Source: Porphyridium purpureum (Eukaryota). From it: DNA of 64,000 nt. How positions within the stretch are numbered: the stretch's first letter is position 1; each line of letters opens with the position of its first letter. This document shows, one piece after another, positions 9,341 to 19,755 of the stretch. The stretch spans positions 2,232,001 to 2,296,000 of the forward strand of contig VRMN01000001.1 of assembly GCA_008690995.1 (NCBI GenBank). Reading direction: 5' to 3'. Under the pieces are notes generated by a model. It did not search any database, was not told the origin of the DNA, and worked only from the letters and a program-made list of their open reading frames with translations. The position numbers were made by a program, and so were the translations under genes.

Positions 9341-12300
9341 ATGTTTACCTTTGTGCGCAGTGTCTTGCTTCCCAGGAATAGGGGAGCAGGTGGAGCAAGA
9401 GCCATCGAAGCGCTCGGCAGGTTTTGGTCGCGACACGCAAGCCGGTCCCCCGCATTGATTTCGATTTCGGCGCCGTCCTGTCGTAAACTGTCGGCGACGA
9501 GGCGCGTGTCTTGCGCGCAGGACGAAGGGCAAAGAGTACATTCTGATTCTGACCAGCAGTTGGGTACGTCCGGGGTTTCTCTGGAAGACTTTCGCGCAGC
9601 CTTGCCCGCACAAGACAACGAAAACGACACACAGCACGAAAACGAGACGAGAAGTGAAGAAGCTGACACCATGGATCGTGGGTATCGAAACGACGGCAAA
9701 GATAGAGAGAAGTTTTCAGGATGTTTCAAATGTCGCTCGAATAATAATCCTAACATGCATACTCACAAGGTGTGGGAATGCACTGAAGCTTCGTCTCCGA
9801 AGGCACCGATGTCTCCAGAATCAAGAGCTAAGCGAGATGCCGAAAGAAAGCGGAAATTCATGCAAAGGAAGCTTCGCGACCCAAATCCTGAGCGTCTAGA
9901 GCTGTCGGTCGGCACTGTGGATGAGATTCTTCTCTGTGTGAAAGACGCGACCGCGACCACGCCTCATCGCAAGCATGTCGAAGCACGGCTTAACGCAGTG
10001 GCGGAGCTTGCGATGGATTCTGATGGGGCAAACTTGTCTCGTGCTGACGCAGCCGATGATTCTGGTCATGCAGGGATGCCTGTGGAATCGTGGGAGGAGC
10101 TTGTCGACGACGTACAGGAGCACGAGATTGAAGACTGGGAAAAGGATCACAACATTGTTCACGAGGATGCGAAGCCGCGTCGAGCACGTCGTGGACGTCC
10201 CGCGAAGATCCCAAAGCATATGATGGAGCAGCGGATGCGGCTGCCTGCTTGGAAACAGCAGACCCAAGTGGTAGAGGCCGTGCGAAACAACCAAGTCGTG
10301 GTAATTTCTGGAGAGACAGGATGCGGAAAGACCACGCAGGTGCCTCAGTTTCTTTTGGACGCATTCATGGACGCTGGTGAGCTCTCTGAAGGCCAGATTG
10401 TGTGCACGCAGCCGAGGCGCATTTCCGCAGTCAGCGTAGCGGACCGCGTCGCGTCAGAGCGAGGTGAGGACGTCGGTCAGACAGTTGGTTTCAAGATCCG
10501 TCTAGAGTCATCGACAAGTGCAAACACGCGGCTGCTCTTCTGCACGACGGGTGTACTGTTACGCATGTTGCAGACTGACAAGAGCCTCGGGGAAGTGAGC
10601 ATTATTGTCGTGGACGAAATCCATGAGCGCAGCTTGGAGACGGACTTCCTTCTTATTGTGCTGCGTGACCTCCTGTCGAAACGCCGAGACTTGCGCGTCG
10701 TGCTCATGTCAGCTACATTGAACGCTGAGCTGTTCGCAGACTACTTTGGCGGTGCACCGCTCGTGCACATTCCCGGCTTCACGTATCCCGTGCAGGAACT
10801 CTTTTTGGAAGATTGCATTGAACTTACAGGTTACCATTTTGAGGACCCGCAGCGCGCGCTCGAGCAACAAAAGAGCAGAGGCAAGAGAGTGCCCAATGCG
10901 AAAGAGAGGAAGACGCGTCTGCGCCAGCGCGATGTAAAGGCTGAGCGCGAAATGGTCTTAGAGCGGCTTCGCGATCGCCAGAATGGGAACTGGTCGCACG
11001 ATACTGAACGCACTGCGGGCAGTGGTTCAGAAAGCCCGAACATTGTTTCAGTTTCTTCGTACAGCGAGCGGACCGTAAAGTCGTTGCTGAACTCGTTCTA
11101 CCCTTCGTCTGACGCCGTTCCACATGAATTGGTCGAGAAGCTCCTGGTTTTAATCGATGACCAGCTGGGCCAGGGGGCGGTTCTCGTATTTCTACCTGGG
11201 TGGGACGACATCACCAAGCTTTACGAATTGCTGACTGGAAATTCAAGTCGGTTCGGGGACACGCAGAAGTATAAAATTTTCCCGCTGCATTCGTCTATGC
11301 CAACAGACAACCAGCGCGAGATCTTCAAGCGGCCGCCTGCCGGTGTGCGCAAAATCATTTTGGCGACGAATATTGCTGAGACGTCGATCACAATCGACGA
11401 TGTCGTGTTTGTTTTGGACTCGGGCAAGTTCAAAGAAAAATCGTACGACCCTGCTACAAACGTCTCTTGCTTATTACCGGCGTGGGTAAGCAAGGCCAGT
11501 GCGCGCCAGCGCCGAGGCCGTGCTGGAAGGGTGCAGCCTGGCATATGCTTCCACCTTTTCTCGTCTCTCACATTGGATACGTTTATTGAGCATCCGCTGC
11601 CTGAGCTTCTCCGGACACCCCTCGAGCAAGTTGGCTTGCAAGTCAAAGCCATGCGGTTGGGGAATATCGCTACGTTTCTTGGAAAGGCGCCGTCGACTCC
11701 GGACCCACGCGCGGTCGAGAATGCCGTTCTCATGTTAACTTCTCTTGGTGCGCTCGAGCGCGAGGGCCCTGAGCGGTTGACCCCACTCGGGTGGCACATG
11801 GCGGAACTTCCGGTGCACCCGGGCTTGGGCAAAATGATGATATACGGTACCATTTTCAGGTGCATTGATCCGATTCTCACCATGGCGGCGAGTTTGGGAT
11901 TTCGCAGCCCTTTTACCGTTCCTCTGAATAAGAAGGAGGAGGCTGATGCCATGAAGCGTGCTTTTGCCCGAGGGCTCTGCTCGGACCACGTCACGGCACT
12001 GAATGCGTACGAAGACTGGCGCGCCGAGCCACCTCACCGCAAAAGCACCTTTTGTCGGACAAATTTTTTGTCTGATTCCACATTGCGCATGATTCAGGAC
12101 ATGCGTCAGCAGTTCCGGATGCTCCTTGGCGATCTTGGTTTCTTGCCGCGTAACTCTAAGGGCGACATTGACTGGAACCGGCTGAATGAAAACTCGGACA
12201 ACTTTCCGCTGGTCAAAGGCGTGCTGGTCGCAGGGCTCTTCCCAAACGTAGCACGTGTGGACGTGAGAAAGAGTCGTGTCCAGTTGATGACAGGCCCAGA

Positions 12301-12991
12301 TGGGAAAGTTTCGCCATTCCCGTCTTCTGTGCAGCAACCGAAGTCAGATTACATGCACCGATGGCTTGTTTACTATGAGAAAATGAGAAGCCTTGATCTT
12401 TACTTGATGGACTCGAGCGTTGTAGCACCGGTGGCTTTAAGCTTATTTGGCGGCAAATTGAAGCATAGCCCAGAAGATCAACGGATCTGTGTCGACGAAG
12501 ATTGGATCACGTTCGAGGTGGATGATTCGACAGCTGCAGCGATCATGTCTTTCCGCGAAATTTTGGATGTACAGATCGCTTTGGCACTGGACAACCCCAG
12601 CAAGTATGCGCACGATTTCCCGCAGGAGCGGACAGTCGCCATGGTTCGCAAGATACTCGATGAAGGAGAGCGAACGGGATTCTTTGCGGATGGTGGCTTT
12701 ACCATGAACTCTTACGGTGCTGACGGAAGCTCGGGAGATGATGACGCAGATGACGACCTGAGCTTTGATGAAGAAGGAACAGACAAAGCGCCGAGTCGTC
12801 GAGCGCCACAGGCACCGCGCACTAGCCAAAGTCGCGAGCCTCGTACGTGGCGAGAAGACAGCGGAAATGAAGCACGCGGCCGAAGAGGCAAAGACGGGAA
12901 TTTTCGGAACGCGCGACCCGGGACACAACGGCACAGTAGCTCTTACGTCAGTCGCACCTCTAACCGCAATATCGATGGTCAGTGGCGATAA
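9341..12991 (+). CDS. DHX36: DEAH/RHA RNA helicase, DHX36/DHX57-like
   Basis: GETGCGKTTQ, CTQPRRISA, DEIH, MSAT, LVFLPGW, ATNIAETSITIDDV, QRRGRAGR, HA2 and OB regions. Confidence 0.92.
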   Translation: MFTFVRSVLLPRNRGAGGARAIEALGRFWSRHASRSPALISISAPSCRKLSATRRVSCAQDEGQRVHSDSDQQLGTSGVSLEDFRAALPAQDNENDTQHENETRSEEADTMDRGYRNDGKDREKFSGCFKCRSNNNPNMHTHKVWECTEASSPKAPMSPESRAKRDAERKRKFMQRKLRDPNPERLELSVGTVDEILLCVKDATATTPHRKHVEARLNAVAELAMDSDGANLSRADAADDSGHAGMPVESWEELVDDVQEHEIEDWEKDHNIVHEDAKPRRARRGRPAKIPKHMMEQRMRLPAWKQQTQVVEAVRNNQVVVISGETGCGKTTQVPQFLLDAFMDAGELSEGQIVCTQPRRISAVSVADRVASERGEDVGQTVGFKIRLESSTSANTRLLFCTTGVLLRMLQTDKSLGEVSIIVVDEIHERSLETDFLLIVLRDLLSKRRDLRVVLMSATLNAELFADYFGGAPLVHIPGFTYPVQELFLEDCIELTGYHFEDPQRALEQQKSRGKRVPNAKERKTRLRQRDVKAEREMVLERLRDRQNGNWSHDTERTAGSGSESPNIVSVSSYSERTVKSLLNSFYPSSDAVPHELVEKLLVLIDDQLGQGAVLVFLPGWDDITKLYELLTGNSSRFGDTQKYKIFPLHSSMPTDNQREIFKRPPAGVRKIILATNIAETSITIDDVVFVLDSGKFKEKSYDPATNVSCLLPAWVSKASARQRRGRAGRVQPGICFHLFSSLTLDTFIEHPLPELLRTPLEQVGLQVKAMRLGNIATFLGKAPSTPDPRAVENAVLMLTSLGALEREGPERLTPLGWHMAELPVHPGLGKMMIYGTIFRCIDPILTMAASLGFRSPFTVPLNKKEEADAMKRAFARGLCSDHVTALNAYEDWRAEPPHRKSTFCRTNFLSDSTLRMIQDMRQQFRMLLGDLGFLPRNSKGDIDWNRLNENSDNFPLVKGVLVAGLFPNVARVDVRKSRVQLMTGPDGKVSPFPSSVQQPKSDYMHRWLVYYEKMRSLDLYLMDSSVVAPVALSLFGGKLKHSPEDQRICVDEDWITFEVDDSTAAAIMSFREILDVQIALALDNPSKYAHDFPQERTVAMVRKILDEGERTGFFADGGFTMNSYGADGSSGDDDADDDLSFDEEGTDKAPSRRAPQAPRTSQSREPRTWREDSGNEARGRRGKDGNFRNARPGTQRHSSSYVSRTSNRNIDGQWR

Positions 12992-14764
12992 CTAGGAATC
13001 CATAAGCGCTCTGTAGCTCAAGAAATCTTCGTACATGCGAAGGAAGACGCGAAACTTTGCGTCATGGAAACGAGCGGTAGATGGGTCGGGCCGGACAACG
13101 TGCCTGACGTGGCTCATGCGTCTCATTACGGCCACCTGATCGCCCTCCAGTTCGCCAGCGGCGCAGGCGCCGAGAATAGCGCCTCCAAGAAGAACGGATT
13201 CTGGCTCTTGTGGAAGCAAGACTGGAAGCCGTGTTGCGTCGGCCAGCGTCTGTACGAAAAGCGCACTTTTTGCCCCACTGCCTGTCGCCATAATGCACTT
13301 TGCGACATGTCCGGACTGTGCCATCGTCTCCAGAATATGCCTTGCCCCGTATACTATGCTGAATAAAGTAGCCCCGTAGATTTGCAGGAATTCAGCTCGT
13401 TTGCGTGAATCCGTGAGCCCGCTTATCATCCCCCTGAGCGTGGCGTCGGCTCTCGGGTGCCGATTGCCGGCAAAGTATGGCAGCACATGAACATGAGCGA
13501 GCGGATGGGCCCCCTTTTGCTGTGCCATGAAAGAGGCTAGCTCCATTTGAATGAGTTCGTGGACATTCGTGGATTTCCTCTTTGCCTCTGCCTTCAAAGC
13601 CTGCCCTTCAGAGTAAGAGTCCACCACAAAGTCCTGCAGCAAACCCGTGAGGCTCTGTCCAGACTCTGTCAGATAGAATCCGGGCATCATAGCGTCCCAA
13701 AAAGGGCCCCACACGCGAGGAACATGAAGCGGCTCACGAGATATGGCCAGGGTGCACGTTGACGACCCGCAGATCATGGCTACACGATGAGCAGCATCTG
13801 GTACCTCGGCAAACTCGGCGCCAAGCATGCCGAATCCGCCACAATGTGCGTCAATCAACGACACCGCCAAAGGTATGCGCGGTGGAAGACCGAAAGCCGT
13901 TGCTGCCTCTGCGCTCAGACCACCAGGGATGGCGTTCCCGGGGGATAAAATTTGCTCGTCGCATCCTATCCGCTCACATGCTGAGCTTGACCCGAGTACC
14001 AAATCTTCTAGTCCAATGCCGGTCCAAAAGGGCACGTGCCAACCGTCTCTTAGACGGCCCCATTTGCATGCAGTGGTACATGAGCTTCGAATCAGCTGAC
14101 CCGAGCTCTTGAACGTCAGCCAGTCAGTCAAATCAAAGAACTGCATCTGCGATAGACTCCTGATCGCTTCAGAATCAGTTGACTTCTCACCCGGGGCACT
14201 GGTCCATTCACTGATATGCTCTTTGAGCCACAGCAGCTTTGGTGGCTCACTCTCAGGGGAAATGCGACCGCCGAATTGCTGCTCGACTACCGCAGCAATA
14301 TCTGAATTTGACTGTGCTTTTTCATTGATCCAATTCGCCTGTTCAATAGCCCGGTGGTCACGCCACACAATGATGTCCCACACCACGCCATGATCGTCCG
14401 CATCACGACTGGCTGTCTTCAACGTGATGTCGACGGGTCTCAGATCGCGATCTGCGCACACGAGCGAACACGTGGCGTCGAATCCGATCCCGCGCACAAC
14501 AACAGACGCATGTCCGTCTGGACTCGCATTTCGTAGCACCTCATTCACTGCCTGTTTCACTGCCTCCCAGATCAGCGTCGAAGATTGCTCGTAAAAGTCC
14601 GTACTCTCATTCCTCGTTGGGAAAGGTGCGACACTGCATGCCCCGCAACGATTTCCGTCCAAATCAAACAGACCAGCGCGCACCGACCCGGTACCGCAAT
14701 CGATTCCGAGGTACACATGCTTCCGCATGTCTTCGCCGTGCGCCATCTCCTGCTCCAATGCCAT
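12992..14764 (-). CDS. FGGY: FGGY-family carbohydrate kinase (ribulokinase-like)
   Basis: YLGIDCGTGSVRA, GIGFDATCSLV, IVWRDHRA, LIDAH, LPYFAGNRHP, ESVLLGGAILGA. Confidence 0.92.
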   Translation of the reverse strand: MALEQEMAHGEDMRKHVYLGIDCGTGSVRAGLFDLDGNRCGACSVAPFPTRNESTDFYEQSSTLIWEAVKQAVNEVLRNASPDGHASVVVRGIGFDATCSLVCADRDLRPVDITLKTASRDADDHGVVWDIIVWRDHRAIEQANWINEKAQSNSDIAAVVEQQFGGRISPESEPPKLLWLKEHISEWTSAPGEKSTDSEAIRSLSQMQFFDLTDWLTFKSSGQLIRSSCTTACKWGRLRDGWHVPFWTGIGLEDLVLGSSSACERIGCDEQILSPGNAIPGGLSAEAATAFGLPPRIPLAVSLIDAHCGGFGMLGAEFAEVPDAAHRVAMICGSSTCTLAISREPLHVPRVWGPFWDAMMPGFYLTESGQSLTGLLQDFVVDSYSEGQALKAEAKRKSTNVHELIQMELASFMAQQKGAHPLAHVHVLPYFAGNRHPRADATLRGMISGLTDSRKRAEFLQIYGATLFSIVYGARHILETMAQSGHVAKCIMATGSGAKSALFVQTLADATRLPVLLPQEPESVLLGGAILGACAAGELEGDQVAVMRRMSHVRHVVRPDPSTARFHDAKFRVFLRMYEDFLSYRALMDS

Positions 14765-15246
14765 GCGTCATCTCCGGATCTCCTTTATCCGTTAGAAATC
14801 ATCTGGCTTGGTTGCAGCTCCATAGTGTTCACTCGCAACGCCGATGTTGCTGGTCGCATTAAGGAGACTGTCAAAGGGGAAACATCTTCTCTGATCAGCG
14901 GCTCGCGTTCGCGTCGCCTCGATGGCCCTTGCAGACGACATCGGCCATACCACGGCGCCTGCCTCGCAAGAGACTGCCTACATTTTTACTCCAGCCCCTG
15001 TTTACCCGGTGCTCGGACCAGCAACGGGAGAAGAGACGGTAGCAGTGGGTAGCATGTACAGGAGTTTATAGGCATTACCAAGAGCAACCTTGACCCCACA
15101 CCGGGAGCCACTGCGTGAGTGTCCATTGCGTGGCTACGCTTGTGAGGTAACTTCACGCTTTTCCTCTCCTCGCATAAGAACGAGCACGCTGCCGTGCGCG
15201 TTCGTGTTGTCTCGGACAGGCTTGCCTCTGTTGTGTTTTTCACAGC

Positions 15247-16266
15247 TCATGCAGTGCGCGCGGGCCAAGCTCCACAGGTGCGACAATATTTCTGAGATGA
15301 GTCAGACAGGCCGTACCCGCATGTGGAGCACGGCCACGCAACGGTGCCTTCATTGCACGGCAGCGGAAAATGTGCGGCGAAACAGCTTCGCAAATAGTCT
15401 TGCTCACTGGCCCAGCACGTGTTAGCCCAGAATTCCGAGTGTTCCATGATTTCACTCCGGCTTCCCATTTGAATGGGTTCTTTGCGGCGCCACGCGCTCG
15501 GCGTGTCTATGGCACGTCTGAGACAAAGCTTACCCGTGACATGCAGCTGTGGCTCATCGCCCAAATGAACGATTATCGGTGCTTCACCAACACATGCTGA
15601 CTTGGGTTGCTGGAGCGCCCAAGACGCAAAGAGCGGATGCGTGTACGGCGACAACGCTACGCACCCTATGGCATCGGCGAGGACGGGCGTGGAGAAAAAC
15701 CAGTTTGCACACATCTGACTGCGCTCAGCCTCAAACCTTTCGCTTTCATAGTTCCAGAAAAAGCTGTATCCTCCCAACAGCTCGTCCGCGCCGTCGCCCG
15801 TGACAAAGGCTTTGGTGTCCGGAAACTGTGACAGGACGCGCTTCATCGCAATGAATGGCACGACCGCGTTCCGGATTTGCATGCCATCGTAACTCCGCAG
15901 GATTTCCACACACGACCGACTAGCATCTATCAGCTCTTGCTTGGTGACGGATTCCACGAAATGAGGCACGGTCGGAGCAAGCAGGCGCGCTATCTCGCGC
16001 GCAAAGATCGCGTCCCGTGCTTCACAGGACGAAGGTTGCTCCCCGGCTACTCCTTCGTCAACGCTGATCGTCACCAGCACGGTAGGTGCCGGGATAGACG
16101 GGCATCTGCGCAACGAGGCGAGCAACGCAGCGGTGTCCACGCCCCCACTGAGTATGATGGCATACGGTGTTTTGAACGCGGATACTACGTTGGTGAGCGA
16201 CTCCTCGAGAGCACGATAGCACGCAGCCGCTGCGGTCGTTTCCTGCAACCTCGCCGTGGAGTCCAT
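15247..16266 (-). CDS. Asparagine-synthase-like adenine-nucleotide alpha-hydrolase (synthetase domain only) with a C-terminal CxxC..CxxC
   Basis: LSGGVDT PP-loop, TGDGADELLGGY, GKLCLR, WRRKEPIQMGS, CSTCG...CRTCGAWP. No N-terminal Cys glutaminase domain. Confidence 0.85.
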   Translation of the reverse strand: MDSTARLQETTAAAACYRALEESLTNVVSAFKTPYAIILSGGVDTAALLASLRRCPSIPAPTVLVTISVDEGVAGEQPSSCEARDAIFAREIARLLAPTVPHFVESVTKQELIDASRSCVEILRSYDGMQIRNAVVPFIAMKRVLSQFPDTKAFVTGDGADELLGGYSFFWNYESERFEAERSQMCANWFFSTPVLADAIGCVALSPYTHPLFASWALQQPKSACVGEAPIIVHLGDEPQLHVTGKLCLRRAIDTPSAWRRKEPIQMGSRSEIMEHSEFWANTCWASEQDYLRSCFAAHFPLPCNEGTVAWPCSTCGYGLSDSSQKYCRTCGAWPARTA

Positions 16267-16293
16267 GGTGCCAGGTGTTCTACTTTCCTTACT

Positions 16294-17220
16294 TTATTGG
16301 AAATTTTCGCTTTCGTCGACATGCTCGGCACTAAGATTCGCTCGGAAGAGCTGGTTCAGCTCCTCAGCCCTTTGTCTGAGTTCCGGGTTGACGTTTCGCT
16401 TTTCAACCTGGTTTTGAAACTCGAGTTCTTCTTCAGTCAGCGTCATCGCCTCGGAGGGCGTGATTTCTGTCATATTCAAGTCGCCGAGCCCGCCTTCTTC
16501 TATGAGCCCGAGCTCATACCCAAGACGGTCACAAGTCTCGAGCACTTCGCTGAGAGCCAACCGCTCGAGCTTGTAGAAGCTGAAATCGGCAGCTGCGTTA
16601 GCGAGGTGGCCCATAAACTCGGTTGCGTCCGTCTCCGATTCAAACACGACGACCATGTCTTCATCTTCGCTGCGCATCGTGAAGATCTGCGCCTGCTGCT
16701 CGCCCACGCGCGTCACAAATGCATACACCTCGCTCAGCTCAATCTGAACTCCGGATTCTCGCACAACACCTACCTGCAGTGACGTTTCGGTGCCGCTGTC
16801 ATACGTCAAATCCTGCCAGTCTACCTCCTCCTCGTCTGACTGCTCGTCGTCCTCCTGCTGAGCTTCAGCCTCAGAGTTCGCGGCAGTTCCCGTCTTCTCC
16901 TTGAGCATTTTCAGGAGCTCCAACTTTTGCTGCTCCGGCGTCAAGTCAGCAAGCCCTAAGTCAGCTAGCTCGCGCTCCAGCGTTTCGCTCTGCTTCGCAC
17001 TATCTATCAATCTATACAACATCTCCATCTTTCCTTTGTCAAACAGCTTGTCATTGGGAGCGTCCCAGTCGTCCGGTTCGGCCGCCATCCTCACTTGCGC
17101 TCGCGGCCGCGTCGCGGTCACGCCACGGCTACATGACTGCGCACACACGCGCGCTCCAAAAACGCCCGATTCAGTACAATTACCGAGCCGCGTGGCAAAC
17201 TCCACGCCTACAAACGCCAT
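16294..17220 (-). CDS. Plastid-targeted acidic protein with a cyanobacterial DUF3110-like domain (start MAFVG at 17220)
   Basis: MAFV transit peptide. VYAFV...IFTM...VVVFESETDATEFMGHL..ADF...ETCDRLGYELGLIEEG resembles DUF3110. Confidence 0.72.
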   Translation of the reverse strand: MAFVGVEFATRLGNCTESGVFGARVCAQSCSRGVTATRPRAQVRMAAEPDDWDAPNDKLFDKGKMEMLYRLIDSAKQSETLERELADLGLADLTPEQQKLELLKMLKEKTGTAANSEAEAQQEDDEQSDEEEVDWQDLTYDSGTETSLQVGVVRESGVQIELSEVYAFVTRVGEQQAQIFTMRSEDEDMVVVFESETDATEFMGHLANAAADFSFYKLERLALSEVLETCDRLGYELGLIEEGGLGDLNMTEITPSEAMTLTEEELEFQNQVEKRNVNPELRQRAEELNQLFRANLSAEHVDESENFQ

Positions 17221-17622
17221 CTTCTTGCTGCCTACTCTCTTTCTGTCTCTCTCTTTCTTTCCCTCCCTCTCCCATTCACCTCCCGGTCTACACCCACCGC
17301 CCGCCTGCTGTGGCCGATCCGGCATCGTGCTCGATCTTTCCCTATTAAATCGAATCGAATCTGCTTATAAAAATTGAGGCCTGCCGGGTTGTGCTGCGCG
17401 CGGGACGTGTTTGTGTTTGTGTTGGTGGTGGTCGAGATATTATAGACAGAAAGTGCGAGCGTGTGTGGGTCGGCTGACGACTGCGATTGCGCACGGCGTC
17501 GCGACAATAGACTCGTACAAACAGTGGCCTGTGCCGACGCAGGACACGCGAGCAGGCATTGGATGTGATCCATCTCTGCCTGCAGTCTTCCGCAGACATT
17601 CATTCATGCGAGGACGGCACAC

Positions 17623-18504
17623 ATGGCGTTGCCGCTCCGCGTAGGGTGTGTGATTCCGGCTCGGATCGGATCGACGCGGTTGCCGCGCAAGCCTTTGATC
17701 GATCTGCATGGGGAGCCCATGATTGTTCATGTGTGGCGGCGCGCGAGTGAGGCGCTGGGTAAGGAGAATGTAATGGTGGCCTCGGACGATGAGCGCGTGC
17801 TGGACGCAATACGGCGTGTCGGAGGCCTGAGCTGCATGACCGACGAGCGGTGTGCATCGGGGTCGGCGCGAGTTGCGCAGGTGATGCAGGACTTTTCAGA
17901 ATTTGCATCACGATATACTCTGGTCGTCAATGTACAGGGCGACGAGCCGCTTGTCGATCCGAACAACATTCGGCAGCTAGCACTCATGATGGCCGGCCCA
18001 ACTCGCGCAAAGTTCGAAGATGGCAGCTGTGTGGCGACTTTGGCAACGCCCATTCGATCCTGGGCAGAGTACGAGGATCCAAATTGCGTCAAGGTCGTGC
18101 GGCGAAGTGATTCACGCGCACTGTACTTCAGTCGCTCACCCATTCCCTGGGTGCCTGGGCAACAAAGAAGTTCCGACACAGAGCACGCACTGTTGGCGAA
18201 CCAAAATGTCGATTCGGGCCAGTTCTTGCGCCACGTGGGCCTCTACGGCTACTCGGTCGCCTTCCTGCGCAACATGTTCCAGCGCGGCAGCCAAATGTTC
18301 CGACAGACTGCACTCGAATCCTGTGAGCGCTTAGAGCAACTCCACTGGATGGAGCGTGGCCATGAGATATATGTCAGTACTGTCCCAAGCGCCAGCCACG
18401 GTGTCGACACTGCGGACGATCTGCTCCGAATCTCTGCAATGCAGCTGGACGCACACAGCCGCTGCGCCGCGGCCCCTCTTCGGGTGGGCCACAGACACGC
18501 GTGA
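17623..18504 (+). CDS. kdsB: CMP-Kdo synthetase (3-deoxy-manno-octulosonate cytidylyltransferase)
   Basis: IPARIGSTRLPRKPL, VNVQGDEP, PNCVKVV, ALYFSRSPIP, HVGLYGY, LEQL, GVDT. Confidence 0.95.
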   Translation: MALPLRVGCVIPARIGSTRLPRKPLIDLHGEPMIVHVWRRASEALGKENVMVASDDERVLDAIRRVGGLSCMTDERCASGSARVAQVMQDFSEFASRYTLVVNVQGDEPLVDPNNIRQLALMMAGPTRAKFEDGSCVATLATPIRSWAEYEDPNCVKVVRRSDSRALYFSRSPIPWVPGQQRSSDTEHALLANQNVDSGQFLRHVGLYGYSVAFLRNMFQRGSQMFRQTALESCERLEQLHWMERGHEIYVSTVPSASHGVDTADDLLRISAMQLDAHSRCAAAPLRVGHRHA

Positions 18505-19446
18505 TGACACCTCGCATCCGATGGACTTTGCTCGTCATACGATCTGCCTTTTCGTTCGCGTGCCATAGCTGCTGAAAAGCTTTGCATTCCGCAATTGGTT
18601 TCCGAGCAACGGATAACTCAATGTTAACTCCTCACCCGGTTAAATAGCTCTGAAATTCTCAACTTCATCTCTGTTCGTCCGTACTCTGCTCTGAATGTCT
18701 TTCATACACCGCCATGTGCAACGTCCTTGTACCCAATGATGCAGGAACATCGCGTGTCACAGTGCTCGCGCAAGAGCCAAGTGCACCAAGTCTACCAAAC
18801 AGGCCAGGTAGATAGTGCATTGGATCACGAATCAGGAATGAACGATACGCAGACAGTGAAAATTTCACACACGGTGGTCGACGCGTGACTTCATCGAAGC
18901 AAGGTATGCATTTTGGTGCGCGAAGGGCAGGTGGAGTCGTCTGCCGATGGACAAGACAGATCAATGACCAAGCGCGATTTTTGCGTGGACTTGCAAAGCA
19001 GCACACTCGATTGCCGTTGCTTCTGGTGTGCCGGAAAAGGACAAGGCAGTCGAAAGCTAGCGAGACACGAGCAGGTCGGAAATGGAGAGCAACACGGTGA
19101 CGTTGAGTTCCTGCGGTCGCTCGTGATCTTCGAAATCAGGCCACCCATTCACGTGCGTTCGCTATTGGCCGTGTTCGACGCAGCTCCGGGACCAGGGGAG
19201 CAGAACACAAGGGTTACTTATTTTGACCTGGTCTGATCATAGCCTTCAGCTTAGATTGGGAGCGAAGCACCGTACGACGGAAGTGGTATTGGCTTGTCTG
19301 GTACCACGAGGCTCGGACAAACCTGTCGCAAGGCAAAATCGGATACGCTCATTGAAAAATTATTTTCCTTGCCCATCTTGGCTGGTTGCGTTCCTGTCTC
19401 CGACTACCCGAGCAGGTCATGAATGCTCCCACTTGATGACACGCAA

Positions 19447-19755
19447 CTAGAAGTACTCGATGGGAGAGTCCAAACCAACTCCATCCGACTTCGTGTCCAT
19501 GAGGCTCGGCGGGTTCTGTGTGTGCGGTAGCGGTACATGGATCTTAATGTGCATAACCTGGCCGCTCTCAGTGCTAGCCTTGATAATATAATTCGTCCCC
19601 GCCACGACTTGGGTAGCGAAACTGATCGCGACCAGCGTCCCATCCAGCGGCACCACACCTTTCGCGGCGATCGCCGGCTGAACTGTGTCCAGCAAGCTCT
19701 GCTCGTGTGCTGTTGCTTGCTGCTCCTCTCCGAACGCTCCTACACGCATAGCCAT
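19447..19755 (-). CDS. Type-1 cystatin (stefin) cysteine-protease inhibitor (start MAMRVGAF at 19755)
   Basis: N-terminal Gly, QVVAGTNY motif, C-terminal PLP...DSPIEYF; about 100 aa with no signal peptide. Confidence 0.9.
   Translation of the reverse strand: MAMRVGAFGEEQQATAHEQSLLDTVQPAIAAKGVVPLDGTLVAISFATQVVAGTNYIIKASTESGQVMHIKIHVPLPHTQNPPSLMDTKSDGVGLDSPIEYF

Noticed and set aside
18560..19440. Possible gene or pseudogene between kdsB and the stefin (including an MGGLISK myristoylation-like start)
   Set aside because: All frames are interrupted, and I found no recognisable family or consistent splice model
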